A stretch of 64,000 bases of DNA from Chiloscyllium plagiosum (lineage: Eukaryota). The notes beneath the pieces are model-generated. The model was not told the origin of the DNA and searched no databases. It worked only from the letters and a program-made list of their open reading frames with translations. Made by a program: the position numbers and the translations under genes. This document shows, piece by piece, positions 11,418 to 24,965 of this stretch (position 1 is its first letter; every line of letters starts with the position of its first letter). The DNA is taken from positions 63,636,602-63,700,601 of the forward strand of contig NC_057719.1 of NCBI RefSeq assembly GCF_004010195.1. Direction: 5' to 3'.

Positions 11418-13802
11418 TGCTTCCAATTAAACCTGTTGGACTATAACCTGGTGTTATGTGATTTTTAACTTTATACACCCCAGTCCAACACCGCCATCTC
11501 CAAATTATGTAAGGTATAGCCAGGATAGATCAAGTGAATCCTTAGAAGAGTATAAAGGCAGTAGGAATATACTTAAGAGGGAAATCAGGAGGGCAAAAAG
11601 GGGACATGAGATAGCTTTGGCAAATAGAATTAAGGAGAATCTACAGGGTTTTTATAAATACATTAAGGACAACAGGGTAACCAGGGAGAGAATAGGACCC
11701 CTCAAAAATCAGCAAGGCGGCCTTTGTGTGGAGCCGCAGAAAATGGGGGAGATACTAAACGAGTATTTTGCATCAGTATTTAATGTGGAAAAGGATATGG
11801 AAGATGTAGAGTGTAGGGAAATAGATGGCGACACCTTGCAAAACGTCCATATTACAGAGGAGGAAGTACTGGATGTCTTGAAACAGGTAAAGGTGGGTAA
11901 ATCCCCAGGATCTGATCAGGTGTACCCTAGAGCTCTGTGGGAAGCTAGGGAAGTGATTGCTGGGCCTCCTGCTGAGATATTTGTATCATTGATAGTCACA
12001 GGTGAGGTGCCGGAAGACTGGAGGGTGGCTAATGTGGTGCCACTCTTTAAGAAGGATAGTAAGAGCAAGCCAGGGAACTATAGACCAGTGAGCCTGACGT
12101 CGGTGGTGGGCAAGTTGTTGGAGGAAATCCTGAGTGGCAGGATGTACATGTATTTGGAAAGGCAAGGACTGATTAGGGATAGTCAACATGAATTTGTGCA
12201 TGGGAAATCAAGTCTCACAAACTTGACTGAGGTTTTTGAAGAAGTAACAAAGAGGATTGATGAGGGCAGAATGGTAGATGTGAACTATATGGACTTCAGT
12301 AAGGCGTTCAACAAGGTTCCCCATGGGAGACTGGTTAGCAAGGTTAGATCTCACGGAAAGCAGGGAGAACTAGCCATTTGGATACTGAACTGGCTCAAAG
12401 GTAGAAGACAGAATGTGGTGGTGGAGGGTTGTTTTTCAGACTGGAGGTCTGTGACCAGTGGAGTGCCATAAAGATCAGTGCTGGGTCTTCTACTTTTTGT
12501 CATTTATATAAATGATTTTGATGCGAGCATAAGAGGTATACTTAGTAAGTTTGCAGATGACACCAAAATTGGAGGTGTAGTGAACAACGAAGAAGGTTAC
12601 CTTAGATTACAACAGGATCTTGTTCAGATGGGTCAATGGGCCGAGAAATGGCAGATGGAGTTTATTTCAGATAAATGCGAGGTGCTGCATTTTGGGAAAG
12701 CAAATCTTAGCAGGACTTATACACTTAATGGTAAGGTCCTAGAGAGTGTTGCTGAACAAAGAGACCTTGGAGTGCAAGTTCATAGCTCCTTGAAAGTGGA
12801 GTCGCAGGTAGATAGGATAGTGAAGAAGGTGTTTGGTATGCTTTCTTTTATTGGTCTCAGTATTGAGTACAGGAGTTGGGAGGTCCTGTTGCGGCTGTAC
12901 AGGACATTGTTTAGGCCACTGTTGGAATATTGCATGAAATTCTGGTCTCCTTCCTATCGGAAAGATGTTGCGAAACTTGAAAGGGTTCAGAAAAGATTGA
13001 CAAGGATGTTGCCAGGGTTGGAGGATTTGTGCTATGGGGAGAGATTGAACAGGCTGGGACTGTTTTCCCTGGAACGTTGGAGGTTGAGGGGTGACCTTAT
13101 AGAAGTTTACAAAGTTATGAGGGGCATGGATAGGATAAGTAGACAGTCTTTTCCCTGGGGTCGGGGAGTCCAGAACTAGAGGGCATAGGTTTAGGGTGAG
13201 AGGGGAAAGATATAAAAGGGACCCAAGGGTCAACTTTTTCACGCAGAGGGTGGTACGTGTATGGAATAAGCTGCCAGAGGAAGTGGTGGAGGCTAGTACA
13301 ATTGCAACATTTAAGAGGCATTCAGATGGGTATATGAATAGGAAGAGTTTGGAGGGATATGGACCAGGTGTTGGCAGGTGGGACTAGATTGGGTTAGGTT
13401 ATCTGGTTGGCATGGATGGGTTCGACCAAAGGGTCGGTTTCCATGCTTGTACATCTCTATGACTCTAAATTGGACTAGTTCAGTTGAGGAAGCCTGGTCC
13501 GTATAGATGAGTTGGGCTGAAGAACCTGCTTTCGTACTGTATCATTCTATGACAGATAATGGCAACTGTTAGGTATTCAAGGTACGTTGATGGAACGTTG
13601 CAGTGTGACATACGGCCAAACTTTGTTGTCAAAGTAACAGCAAGATTCGTGGTACTCATCATCGCTTATTGCAGAATGGTGCAACAGCTTCAGGTAAGGA
13701 ACAAGTGTGATTGTAATTGTGAATACCCAAAAGTTGCTGCCTGAGCTGCTCCATCTTTCCCTTTGATAAATTGGTCTCTTACCCTTAGCCTTCCCTTTTT
13801 CT

Positions 13803-13893
13803 CAGGATATAGATTGGGTTGGGATATCTGCTCGACATGGACAGGTTGGACCAAAGGGTCTGTTTCCATGCTGTACATATCTATGACTCTATA
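13803..13893 (+). mobile_element. CR1 3' UTR stub
   Basis: Matches 13378-13466 (tagattgggtt...ggaccaaagggtctgtttccatgctgtacat..ctatgactcta). Confidence 0.8.
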
Positions 13894-14719
13894 AGTGCCC
13901 ATTAAATCCACTGCAATAACTTCAATGTTATCACTATAAGCATTCCTTGTAGTTTTTTTTATTATTCAAGAAGATTTTGAAAATGACTAATTTTAAATTA
14001 AATGTTTTCTTTTTCCTTACTTCCTCTCATTTCCATCTCTCAAGCCAATCTTTCTTTCCCTGTTTATCCCTCTTTCTGTACCTTATTTAGTATTGAATTT
14101 GTCCAATCCAATGCACTCTTTGTCTACATTTTTTGTATTTCTCAAATCTTTAATCCAATTGGTTAAGAGGTACCATTAGTTGGCTTCAACTTCTTCACTT
14201 TGTTGTTTTTGGCTCACACTTTAACCAACTGTGTGCAGAACATTTCTGTGCTGCATAGTGCGGGGGTGAGACTAATTAGTCAAGTTTGATGCCTTGTTAC
14301 TGGAAATGCTGATTCCCAATTTACCCTGTATATTGAGGAAAAGGAGAAGAATTCTGGATTCTCTCATGTGACAAGATTTGTTTGGTCTCAAACTTGAACA
14401 TAAACTTTGTACCAAGTATTTGGCAGCACACAGTGTTTGTAAACATGTTATTTATTCCTTCAATTTCATCCTAAATATGATCCAAGAGTGAAACCTAAAT
14501 AAGTTTTAATGATGATTCTAAACCCACAATCTTATTCCTTGTTTGGCATATTGTATAAAAGAAAACTAGTATTATAAAAAGAAATGTGATCAGATTTCTA
14601 CGAAGATTCCAGTAAGGTTCATACGTTAAAGAGTTGAAACTCTGCCTTTTGATACTTTTTTTTCCAGAAAAGCAGATTTGTGTGTAAATCTGTGAACATG
14701 TTTGATGTATTTTAACATA

Positions 14720-14858
14720 TATTTAAAATGATGATAGATAGGTTCTTGATTATTAAAGGACTCAAGGAGAAAGCAGAAGAATGGGTTTGAGAAACTTATC
14801 AGCCATGACTTGATGGGCTGAATGGCCTAATTTCTGCTCCTATGTCTTACGGTCTTAT
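14720..14858 (+). mobile_element. CR1 3' end fragment (second family)
   Basis: gatagataggttcttgatt...gaatggcctaatttctgctcctatgtcttacggtctt, matching 16160-16310 and 61390-61526. Confidence 0.7.
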
Positions 14859-15894
14859 TTAGATTTAGATTTTATTGTCATGTGTAATCGAGCGCAGGTC
14901 TACAGTGAAAAGTGTGCAAAGTTGCCATTTCCTGGTGCCTTCTTAATATGCAAAAGACAGGATTTAAAAACTGGCGAGACAGAAATTGTAATCGAGAGTT
15001 TTTCCATTCAGCCTCTAGTTGGATATCGTGCCTTTTTTGGGGGGAATTACAAGTCTTAATTGACAGTTTATTATCTTAAAAGTCACAAGTGCGATCGGTG
15101 AGAAAATTTGTTGGTTGCCTCTGGGTGGTCTGAACTATAGCAGTAAAGAACCAAAGGACAGACCACTTATCCACAGTGGGACCAAAGGTTTGTAATTGCA
15201 GATGAAATAGTGCATTCTGCTGAAATTTTCTGCTCCATTTTTGAATGTTCCACAATCGACACAGAAGTTTCCCATTAAATGTACCTGCCTCATCATCAAT
15301 TTTAGCAAGATCGGAATACCTTGAAAGTTAACTATTTACCAAGAGCATAACATTCCACTTTAATCAGAAGCAACCAACTATCTGAATGTCAACCCAGCAT
15401 TCACAGACTCTTATTTCTGTTCCCTAGTATTATCACCATGTAGTTATGTAATCATAACCTTGCAATTTGGGGTCAACAATGCAAACAAAGAATCATATCT
15501 CTGTGGGCTATTAATATGCAATGGACAAATGTACTTTTTTGCCACTTTTAGGATGCAGAACTAAACACGCCACGTCAAATGCAATTTACAAACTAAAACC
15601 ATTAATCTGTGAAACCATACCATTCAGGGTGGGCAGTTAAGCACAGCAGTGCTCTCTGAATTATTCTTTCGACTGCTCTCTGGCTCAAATGCGATATAGG
15701 AAACCAGTCAAAGTACGCTGTGATAGACATATTACTAATAAATAAGAATTAGTTTGGTACTGCTCAATGCATTTGCATCTTTTAACAAAATGAAAAGGAG
15801 AGCTCACATCTAGGTAGGTAAGAGATACTCAATTATTAGGTACAAATGTTGAGAATGATAATCAAGAAATACTGACTCTTAATAGAGCAAGTGG

Positions 15895-16311
15895 AGGACT
15901 CTGTGTCTGTACTGGTGGAGTTAGGAAGACTGAAGGGGATCTCATTGAAACTTATAGAATACTGAGAGGCCTGGATGGGATGGGATGGATATGGAGAAGA
16001 TGTTTCCACTCAGGAGAAGCTAGGACTTGAGGGCGCAGTCTCAGAGTGAATGGGTGACCCTTTAGAACTGAGATGAGGAGGAATTGCTTTAGCGAGAGGG
16101 TAGTTAATCTGTGAAACACTGCTACAGAATGCTGTGGAGGCTGAGTCATTGTCGTCTTTAAGATCAAGATAGATCTTTGATTGGTAAGGGGATCAAGGGT
16201 TACAAGGAGAAGGCAGGAGAATGGATTTGAGAAACATCAGTTATAATCAAATGGCAGATCAGACTTTATGCACCAAATGGCCTATTTCTGCTCCGAATGG
16301 TATGGTCTTAT
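15895..16311 (+). mobile_element. CR1 3' fragment (second family)
   Basis: Degenerate R.LKGDLIETYRILRGLD...FRTEMRRN.FS.RVVNL coding remnant plus tail tatggtctt. Confidence 0.8.
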
Positions 16312-19300
16312 CATGACCAATAGCAAAAAACAAAGGTAAATAAATACATAAAATATTCTCAGTTTGCAATGAATCACTTTGGCTTTCTCTAATTATATTT
16401 GTTGAGAAAGAGCTATTTTTATTTACAAATGATCAAAGAAATATTGTCCATCTTCAAGTGTACCTTACTTTATCTTTCTTCATAAACTGATTCAAACATG
16501 TGTTAATGAAACAAAGCAAAACTTATCATGTTCTTCCGCAAAGGATCTTTTCCAGGTTAAATGGAGATTGTTGAGACTGAAATAACTGATTTCATCTTGT
16601 TGCTTTGCAATGCCAATTGCTGTAACTATTTAATTTGGAAAATCACAGCCAGTTGCATTTCCAAGATCAATATCTCATTACCAGCAAAAGTATGGCAACC
16701 ATTTTTTTTTGTTTTGTCATCACAACAAAATACCATGTAGTGTTAAAAGGCCTTTGACAAAATTTTTGGAAAGATTTTGGTATTTTTGTTTATTGAAGCT
16801 GAAAGTTGCAAATAAGGATAAAAGCATTGAATGATCATACTGAGCATTTCCAAATAGTGCATCAATAAAGAGAGCTGTAATTTGTAGGAGGACAGGCAGT
16901 TAATTATTGGCTTCCACTGAGTGCAGTTGTCTTGCTTACCAAGAGAAATCTGAATACAAATAAAGAAGCTGTGGCCTTTAGCTGAACTTTAGAAAGCTCT
17001 GCTGTAAATAAAATGTGTTTCCATAAATTACTGAACCATACAGCTTGTAATCCATTTATTTTGTAACCGTTATAAGATCCTGATGTTTTGCAATCCTGTG
17101 AAACATAAAATAACCCAACCTTTCAATTTTGGAAATCACAAGTGTCACTGGAGAAGAGTTTGAAAATATTTTCGCCCATAGTAGCTTGGTGATTTCAGTA
17201 AAATACAAATAAATCCAGTTACTGTACGGCATACTATCAGGCAAACTAATCCAAGAACACAAAGTAACAAGATTACAGACAATAATGACCTTGGCACTTT
17301 GAACTTAATTTCAATGAAGTTTATATGAAGGTTTCTGTTAGTGACAGAACTTAGTGCAGAAAAGCACTATGCAGCGAGCTGGTTTGAAGCTCCCACACAT
17401 TTGATGGTTGGAAGAAGTTTGAGTACGACACAAATCTTGCACAACACCAATTTATCTTTTCCATCTTGCCAAGTTCCTAAATGCATGGTAATCAGCTGCT
17501 TGGGGCCTCACTGAACAGAGAAAGATTATAAAGCACACTGGTCAGTGGGGATTTAGAAGTGCTGGAGCTTGACAGCTTATATGATATACAAATAGATCAG
17601 CTGCTCAGGAGGCGTGGAATTGGGAGAGGTCCCTGTGGTATATACAGCAATTGGAGATTGCTGCAGAAAAAGGATGTAGTTCAGACTGCATACAGCAATA
17701 GAGAACCCCACTGGGAGTAATCGGAAACAAATTGACAGAGAGAAACACAGTGACATAAGCAGAGAATAAGAGACAGCAAAATGCTGAGAAAGATGAACGT
17801 TGAGAATGAGAGAATGTATAAGGTAGAACAGTAATGAAAACATGCACAAAGAGAAAGACAAAGAAATAGCTAGAAAATGGGAGGAAAACTGAAATTTTGT
17901 CTTTGATTGAACAAATGTTATTTTGCACTTGCTAAAAGTTGTGAGCATGTGAATTTGAATCCAGGAATAGAGGGAGGAATTGGGCACAGAAAGAAATCTT
18001 CCACAGAACACTTCAAAATTATAATCTGATCCACAGTTGGTTCTTGTTGATTCTCCTGATGTGCAGTAATGATCTCTACTTATTAACAGAGATTTTGGCA
18101 CCAGGACCTGATCCACTGAAAATGGGCTCCCTCATGTGTCAGTGGACACAGAATGCAACAAAAACAATCACAGTAAAAGCAGTGAGTCTGAATGGATAGA
18201 AAGCAGTTTTGTCTTTTGAAAGTCCTCATGGACCAATATATTGTCTGTCAAAACTTGTTTGAAATGTCTGCATCAATAGAGGCAGAATGTCGTTCAGGAT
18301 CCCTGGAGGCTCATCAGAGCTTTTATATCTTATGCAAATAGCTGGGTTGTAATGCCCGATGCAACAGAAGCTAATAAATCAAATCATGCACAAAGCTTTT
18401 CATTTTTACCTTTTTGAGAATAAACTCACAAACATACATTTGTGGTTCTGGATGATGTTAAAATTGGATATTTCAGAAATTATTTAATATTGTTACTTCA
18501 TTGACTGAGCAAGATTCTTATGCAAAAGATACAAATCGTTCATGTATTGATTATCTATCACAAAAACATGAACTAGCAGTCAGTAAGCTCAGGCATTTTA
18601 TTTTCTTGAAGGACATGGTTAGCCTTACTTAGCAAAGATACTCTCGCCAAATCCAGAAACACTTTCAAAATTGACAGGCTTGTTCTTCTTCTTCTGCTTT
18701 TTGTCTGATTAGACCCACAAAGCGACAGTATGATAGCTCTTTAATTTAAAGCTGGCAAGATTGTTATGAATGTGAAAGGACATTCTTTGATCATCCTTGC
18801 AAAGAGTCTCAGGATTCTAAAGTCCAATTGCTTTTCAAATCGTCTCAGTGTATTTTCTTCTGTTACTTATCCTGAAAATCTATTCCATTCGTTGGCCACT
18901 TTTCATTTCGCATCTGCATTTTGTTGTGCGTGTTGAGATGCTGTCTTATTGATCCTCAACACACCAACACAGCTGACTTTTCTAATCTTCCCCAAACCTG
19001 TCAGTTGCGATTATAGGCACAGCAAGGAGAAACTCACATTGGGTGTATCATTATGTCTGATATGTTCAACATATAAATTTAGGAAAAAATACCAATGGTT
19101 TGTTGAATAAATTTTAAGTTCATTGTATTATTTTTGGTAATTGTCCAACTTGGTTGCATGATTCAGGCCTTCATTTTGGTTGCAACAAGAATCACTTCAA
19201 TAGAAGTCATAGATCGTGTTTCAGTTTGAAAGGAAGAATGGAAATTATTTTAGATGAAAGAAAAATGGGCCCATTAAAGTAAATGCATAAAATAAAACTG

Positions 19301-19377
19301 AACCAGCCTAATTGTGGTTTTGGGTGGATTGACACAGCAGGATAAAAAAAGGAGGTAAAGTTGGTATATTCTTAGCA

Positions 19378-19808
19378 GATCATAAGGCTACTCTCTCTCA
19401 TGAGAGAGAGATGATTGGTGGTGATTTAACCTGAGGGTCACCACACCTCAGGCTAGTGGAGCAGATAAAAAGGACAGTCCTTTATGTTACCTCAGCCAAT
19501 AGAGGAATTGAACTCTCACAGTTGACATCAGTTTGTTTTGCAAACCAGCCATCTAGCTTACTGAGCTAACATCATCTTGTTCTAGTTTTCATAGACTGCC
19601 TACAGGTTAGCTCAGTTGCTGAATGATTTGTTTATGATGTTGTGTGACGCCAAGGGTTCAATTCCCACACTGGCTGAGGTTACAATTAAGGCCTCTCCTT
19701 CTCAACCTCTCCCCTTGCCTGAGGTGTGGTGACCCTCAGGTTAAACGACTAACAGTTGTGCCTCTCTATTTAGTGAGCAACCCTGTAGTCTGGTAAGACT
19801 ATGGAAAT
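19378..19808. mobile_element. Head-to-head inverted pair of tRNA-like SINEs
   Basis: tttaacctgagggtcaccacacctcaggc (~19425-19453) is the reverse complement of gcctgaggtgtggtgaccctcaggttaaa (~19717-19745); right copy has ttagctcagttg and ggttcaattcc (A/B boxes). Confidence 0.7.
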
Positions 19809-22800
19809 GTTACCACAAGGATGTGTATACCTTCACTGAATACTCCTGTATGAACAGAAATACCAAAATTATTTGGGATTTAGAGGCACAATCATGAAAA
19901 ACATTTTACTGTGAGGCTAATATCTTCATTTTCAAATGATTATTTACTGCTCACCCAAAAACATGCATCACAGCTCAGCCAAGATAGTTATTGTTTGTAC
20001 ATGCACAGTAAAATACCTCTTTTCTGTTCAGTGAGAGTTTATGCCCATAAATGTGCTTAAAGTTTACTTTCACCAAAGCAATACGTTTGGAAATTCTTTC
20101 AGCGTGTTAACTAATTTTCATTTTCATTCAGCCTTTGATTGAATAAAGCTGACTTGTTCGATTGAACAGTTAATAATCTCTTATCATTATGTATGATTGC
20201 AAGATATTCATGTTATTGCAGATCTAGGGTAATTATAATCATATTTACTGGTAAATTCATTGTTGTCATGTTCCCAATGGGGAGCTCCTGAGCAGGAAGC
20301 AGTGGTTGCAGCAGCATCAATGCTATGTTGTTGTAGCCCTTTCTGACCCACACTATTTCATTAAGGCGAATACACAAAGCTTCTGTGCTGTGCCACTTGG
20401 ACCTAAATGTCTACATTAGGTAGCAAGTAATCTAAGTGAAAATATTCGAAGCAATTATATCCTCAGCGTAGTATCCCAGACCCAAGCATCCTTAGCTGTT
20501 TTACCAGTGACCATCTCTCCCTCCAAAGGTCAGAAGTGAGGATATTTACTGATGATTGACGATGATTCAGGTCTATGGCAATGAGATTTTTTTGTTATCG
20601 TTAAATGAAGTTATCATTCTGAACTGGTTTTGACATATCTCGCTGAAACTGACAACCAAGTCTGGTGTTCACAAGCACGCAGTTCAACATGCAAATCCAA
20701 ACATTGCAGTCACTGATGTATCATTCCTTCAGAGGATGCTTTTTGAAGTCCACAATAGAAAATCAATTTTTCTAAATTATCGAATTGATGAGAATTTCTT
20801 CTTTTAGACTGCATCGTGGGTGTTTAAAAACCACTAAATTTTTTTTTTAATTAATGAGGTGTAATTGGCTGTTTATTAGCTGACTAAACTATATAGCTTG
20901 ATGTCTTTTCTTTGAAAACTAATTTTATATTTTTGTACTGTCAGATTTTGCATTGATTGAAACTGATTTTTAACATTAAAATATGTATTTTTAAGTTGTT
21001 TTGCTGTTTCGGTTAATAATGTATATGTCTCAAACTTCAAGTAAAGCAGTAAAATTATAAAATTGTGAAATAAGACCAGTGCATTTTGCTTCCAGGTTTG
21101 CTGCCTCTGAGATTGGCAGCTTATCCTGCTTTTTAGTCATGTTTGGGCAGCTGTTTATGCCAGCATTTATTGCCCAACTCTAATTGTCCTTGAGAAAATG
21201 GTGGAGAGTCACTTCCAGGTGTTGGCAGCATGGTATTTTTCCTTCTGGCTGATAGAGGTAGTGGGTTTGGAAGGTACTAATGATTACATCACTGATGCAG
21301 GGTGCTGAGAGATCCATTGGTCAGGTTCAAATTAAAATCAGTGAAGTTGAAACCAATACCACAAGAGATTGTTGGATCTTTATGAACAAATTTCCTTGAG
21401 GTCAGTAGTAAGCATCATAATTTTAATGTTCACAGCAAAATCTAGTCATTATGAATTTTCTTCAAAACCAACCAACTTTATCATTGCAAATCAAAAAGTG
21501 AACAGATGCAATCACTTAGATTTCTACTATACCATGGTATTAGAATAGATTTGAACAGGAGTTTTATGCACATAACTGGTGTTTTCTAATACATATTGCA
21601 TGGGCAGTAAATTTCTCACAATGACAGGGAGAAGTACCAAAGCATAAATGCATATTTAAAATTTAATAATTTTATTCCTCTGGAATAGTTGAAGTTAAAG
21701 ATTAGTGTTATGATTATTATTTTGAACTACAGCTACCTATTTTAGACAATTTCATGTATATAATTGTCTCATAATTTTGCATTTCAGCAGGTGCTTCGGT
21801 ACTCTGAACCAAGAGGCTTCTTTGCATTTTTAATTGAATCAGGAAATAGTTCATATTTGCAATCATTTTACATTGCTAAGAATGCAATGTTCTTTTTAGT
21901 TTGAACTTATTACTAATTGTAATGAACAACTTACTGTTGATAAAAATTGTGAGAAACATACATAAAAGCATATTTTTTCAAACTGAATTATGAAAGAAAT
22001 TCTGTTTGCCTTCTAAAAAAATTCTTAACACTTTACATGTACAAGTTCAAGTGGAATCTAGAAGATGCATATCAATTTTTTTTTCCACTGTTAGATTCCC
22101 TTCTTGACATTCTTACACATTTGATGCAACTGCAAACGTCAACTTCTGTGAACAGCCACAATTTATTTTAGCAAGTACAAACTTTTGGAGGATCACATAA
22201 CACTCTTTACTATGCTTGCAGAGCGTATCAAGCAAGGCTTTCTGAACAAGGGAACTGTCCTCCCTTTATACAGAGTTTTACATCATAGTCAGTCATGCAC
22301 GCAAGACACAATTTCCTCCACTCCCCCATAGTCACATGCCACCCAAAAATAATGTAAAGCAATTAGATTATTTTCAGAAGCAATGTGTGATTAGGTATTC
22401 CTTAAACTGCAGCCTTTACAGAGTATGATTAAATTGTCACATCCTACCTACAAGACAGAAAAAACACACCCCCGGGACATCCAACTTCTTTCATGTCAGC
22501 AGAACAAATTAACCCTTTAACATCTCACCACAAGCAGCCAGGGTAGTAATCTCAAAGCAATGCTGCCATTAGTAAATAATGGTTAAAGTTAAAGTATAAC
22601 TTCATTTATATTCTTAATAGCATGCATTGATTAGTGATTGCATCTAACATGAATCATTTTCAGTTGAAACCTAAATTGATCTGCAGACTTCAAATGGTGA
22701 TAACAAATTCAGACATAGATTATCACTCTATCTCTACAATTCCAATTTCTAACTTTACATCATAGTTTCTGTTTCCATCATCCAAACATATGTTTCCTTT

Positions 22801-23504
22801 AGGGTTAGCTTTTTTTTGTCATCCATAACTTGAAATGGCTATTTCTTGTTTACCAACTTCTTACATATCAAATAAGTTCATCTCCTCTTCAATGTCTCAA
22901 AAAAGCTTTTTTTCTCCATGATATCTATTCAAAATAATTGAAATACTTCCTAACAATTGTGTCAGCATTGGAATCATCATCCAAAAACATTTGACAAAAT
23001 CCTGGCCACTTTTGACGGGAAAAATGCAATAAGCTGAGACTGACTGCTTCAGTTTATGTTTAAGATGGAATCGTACTCTAATTCAGCTGGATGAGTCTGT
23101 AATGAGGGCAGATGCCTTAAGTGCACAATGAAATAATTTGAGGTTCAATGGTAAAGACAGACATTTATCACTGCCTACTAGATAAATCCTTCAGCTGTGA
23201 CTCTGGTAGTGCTGATGAGACCCTGGAATTAATTGTTAAAGCACAGAGGACCAGAGCATAAAGAACAAGAGGCTGATGAGGTGATGCATGAAACATAGCA
23301 GTGATATTCTGTCCAGATTCTTAAATCAGTGTTGAGGTTTAGAGACTGAAGCTTGTATTCCTGACAATGGTATCAAGCTCATGATTAAATGCAAGTGACT
23401 GCTGTGGTGCTGCTGAGGTCATGATCTGCCTGACCACATTTCCATAACACACAACAAAGTGGATCAATCATGGGAGAAGGCCATTGACATTCATTCTATT
23501 CGCA

Positions 23505-23928
23505 GAGTCATAGAAATGTACAGCATGGAAACAGACTCTTCGGTCTAACCCCTCCATGCCAACCAGATGTCCTAACCTAATCTCATCCCATTTGCCAGCA
23601 CTTGGCGCATATCCCTTTAAACCCATCCAGATGTACCAGCCTCCACCACTTCCACTGACAGCTCATGCCATACACGCACCACCCACTGCATGAAAGTGTT
23701 GCCTCTTAGGCCCCATTTAAATCTTTCCCCTCTCACCCTAAACCTATGCCCTCTAGTTCTGGACTCCCCCATCCCAGGGAAAAGACTTGTCTATTTAACC
23801 TGTCCATGCCTTTCATGATTTTATAAACCTCTATAAGGTCACCCCTCAGCCACTGACATTCCAGGGAAAACAGCCTCTCCTATTAGTTCAAATCTTCCAA
23901 CCCTGGCAACATCCTTGTAAATCTTTGT
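23505..23928 (-). mobile_element. CR1 (HER1-like) 3' fragment
   Basis: Reverse complement of the 12990-13466 type sequence (agagtcatagaaatgtacagcatggaaacagac...cctggcaacatccttgtaaatc). Confidence 0.85.
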
Positions 23929-24804
23929 AAAACCATTTTAGTCAATTATAGGTCTCAGGCAAAAAAAATCAGATGATGGAAATTAAAATCTGACAGTCCA
24001 CTTTTACAACTATCATAACACCTCCCCACTGTGAAGAATAAAAGTCTCCTTTCTGTTGCAGTCTCTTTACAAGATCAGTATGAAATAACAACATAAAAAT
24101 TGGGACAATCCATGCATTCAAACATCTCATTTATAATTTCTTCATTCTAAACTGGGTTTGACATCTGCTTTGGGTCTAGTAGACACTTGATTCTCAAATA
24201 CTCTAAGCATTAGAAAACAGCAGCGAAGAGAGACAAATGAGAAAAATAAGTGGTAAAAAGACAGAAATAATGGAATTTTATTTAGATATAAGTAATATTT
24301 GGGACAAATGAACTGAATTAATGCCCCAATGAGTGCTATTTCAAAACTCTTAGAGCATCATGGTTACAAGAAGAGCAAAGTTGGGAACTAAATTTTCAGA
24401 GGTATGTGACTTTTTCAAAGGACAGGCAGGAAGAGAAGGATCATGAGGTAGTGTTGCTAGTTCAATGAGGAATAAGTACGATTGCAAGAAAGGATTGGGT
24501 GATTTAGAAACCATATCAGCGCAGTTAAGAAATACCGAGAAGATGAAGATACTAGTGAGAGTGGTCTATAAGCTCCCAAACAGTTCTATAGGACAGAAAA
24601 TAAATTATCAGATAACAAGGTCATGTAAAAAAGATAGTCACTTATTATGAATGATTTTAAACTTCAAGTAGATTAGGAAAATCAAATTGGCAAAGGTAGA
24701 CATCAGGAAAAATGGCTTTAAATAATATAAGGTTCATGAGCAAGAAATATTATTTTTGGTCTGTTAGCCTGACAAGCAGAGTAACAAAGCATTACTAAAA
24801 TAAA

Positions 24805-24965
24805 AATAAAGAACAGTGGATGCTGGAATGTGAAACAAAAACAGGAAGTTCTGGAGAAACTGGGCGATGGAGTTCTTTCGTCTGATGGACTCTCAATGTA
24901 AATGTTTTTTCTCGCCACAGATGCTGGCAGACCTGGTGAATTTCTCCAGAACCTTCTGTTTTTGT
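24805..24965. mobile_element. Degenerate fold-back PLE pseudo-LTR fragment
   Basis: acaaaaacaggaagttctggagaaact pairs imperfectly with aatttctccagaaccttctgtttttgt; cagatgctggcagacctg motif as in other PLE termini. Confidence 0.55.

Larger units (their letters stand above)
11280..11505. mobile_element. Fold-back non-autonomous PLE-derived element with two opposite-strand hammerhead cores
   Basis: Arms 11281-11373 and 11380-11472 are near-perfect reverse complements around a 6-nt spacer; 13-bp TSD tatgtaaggtata at 11267-11279 and 11506-11518. Confidence 0.9.
10998..13466 (+). mobile_element. CR1 (HER1-like) LINE, 5'-truncated ORF2 reverse transcriptase, inactivated
   Basis: KSPGSD, NYRPVSLTS, YMDFSKAF, SGVP*RSVLG (stop at 12469-12471), FADDTK, RLRGDLIEVYK; frameshift near 13150; tail ctctatgactcta. 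Confidence 0.96.

Noticed and set aside
11458..13179. 337-aa and 233-aa ORFs as a host gene or active reverse transcriptase
   Set aside because: Fragments of a 5'-truncated CR1 ORF2 with an in-frame stop and a frameshift; the first ORF starts inside the inserted hairpin.
17577..18116. 179-aa hydrophobic minus-strand ORF
   Set aside because: Arises from a purine-rich plus strand (Phe/Leu/Ser bias); no recognisable domain or splice support.
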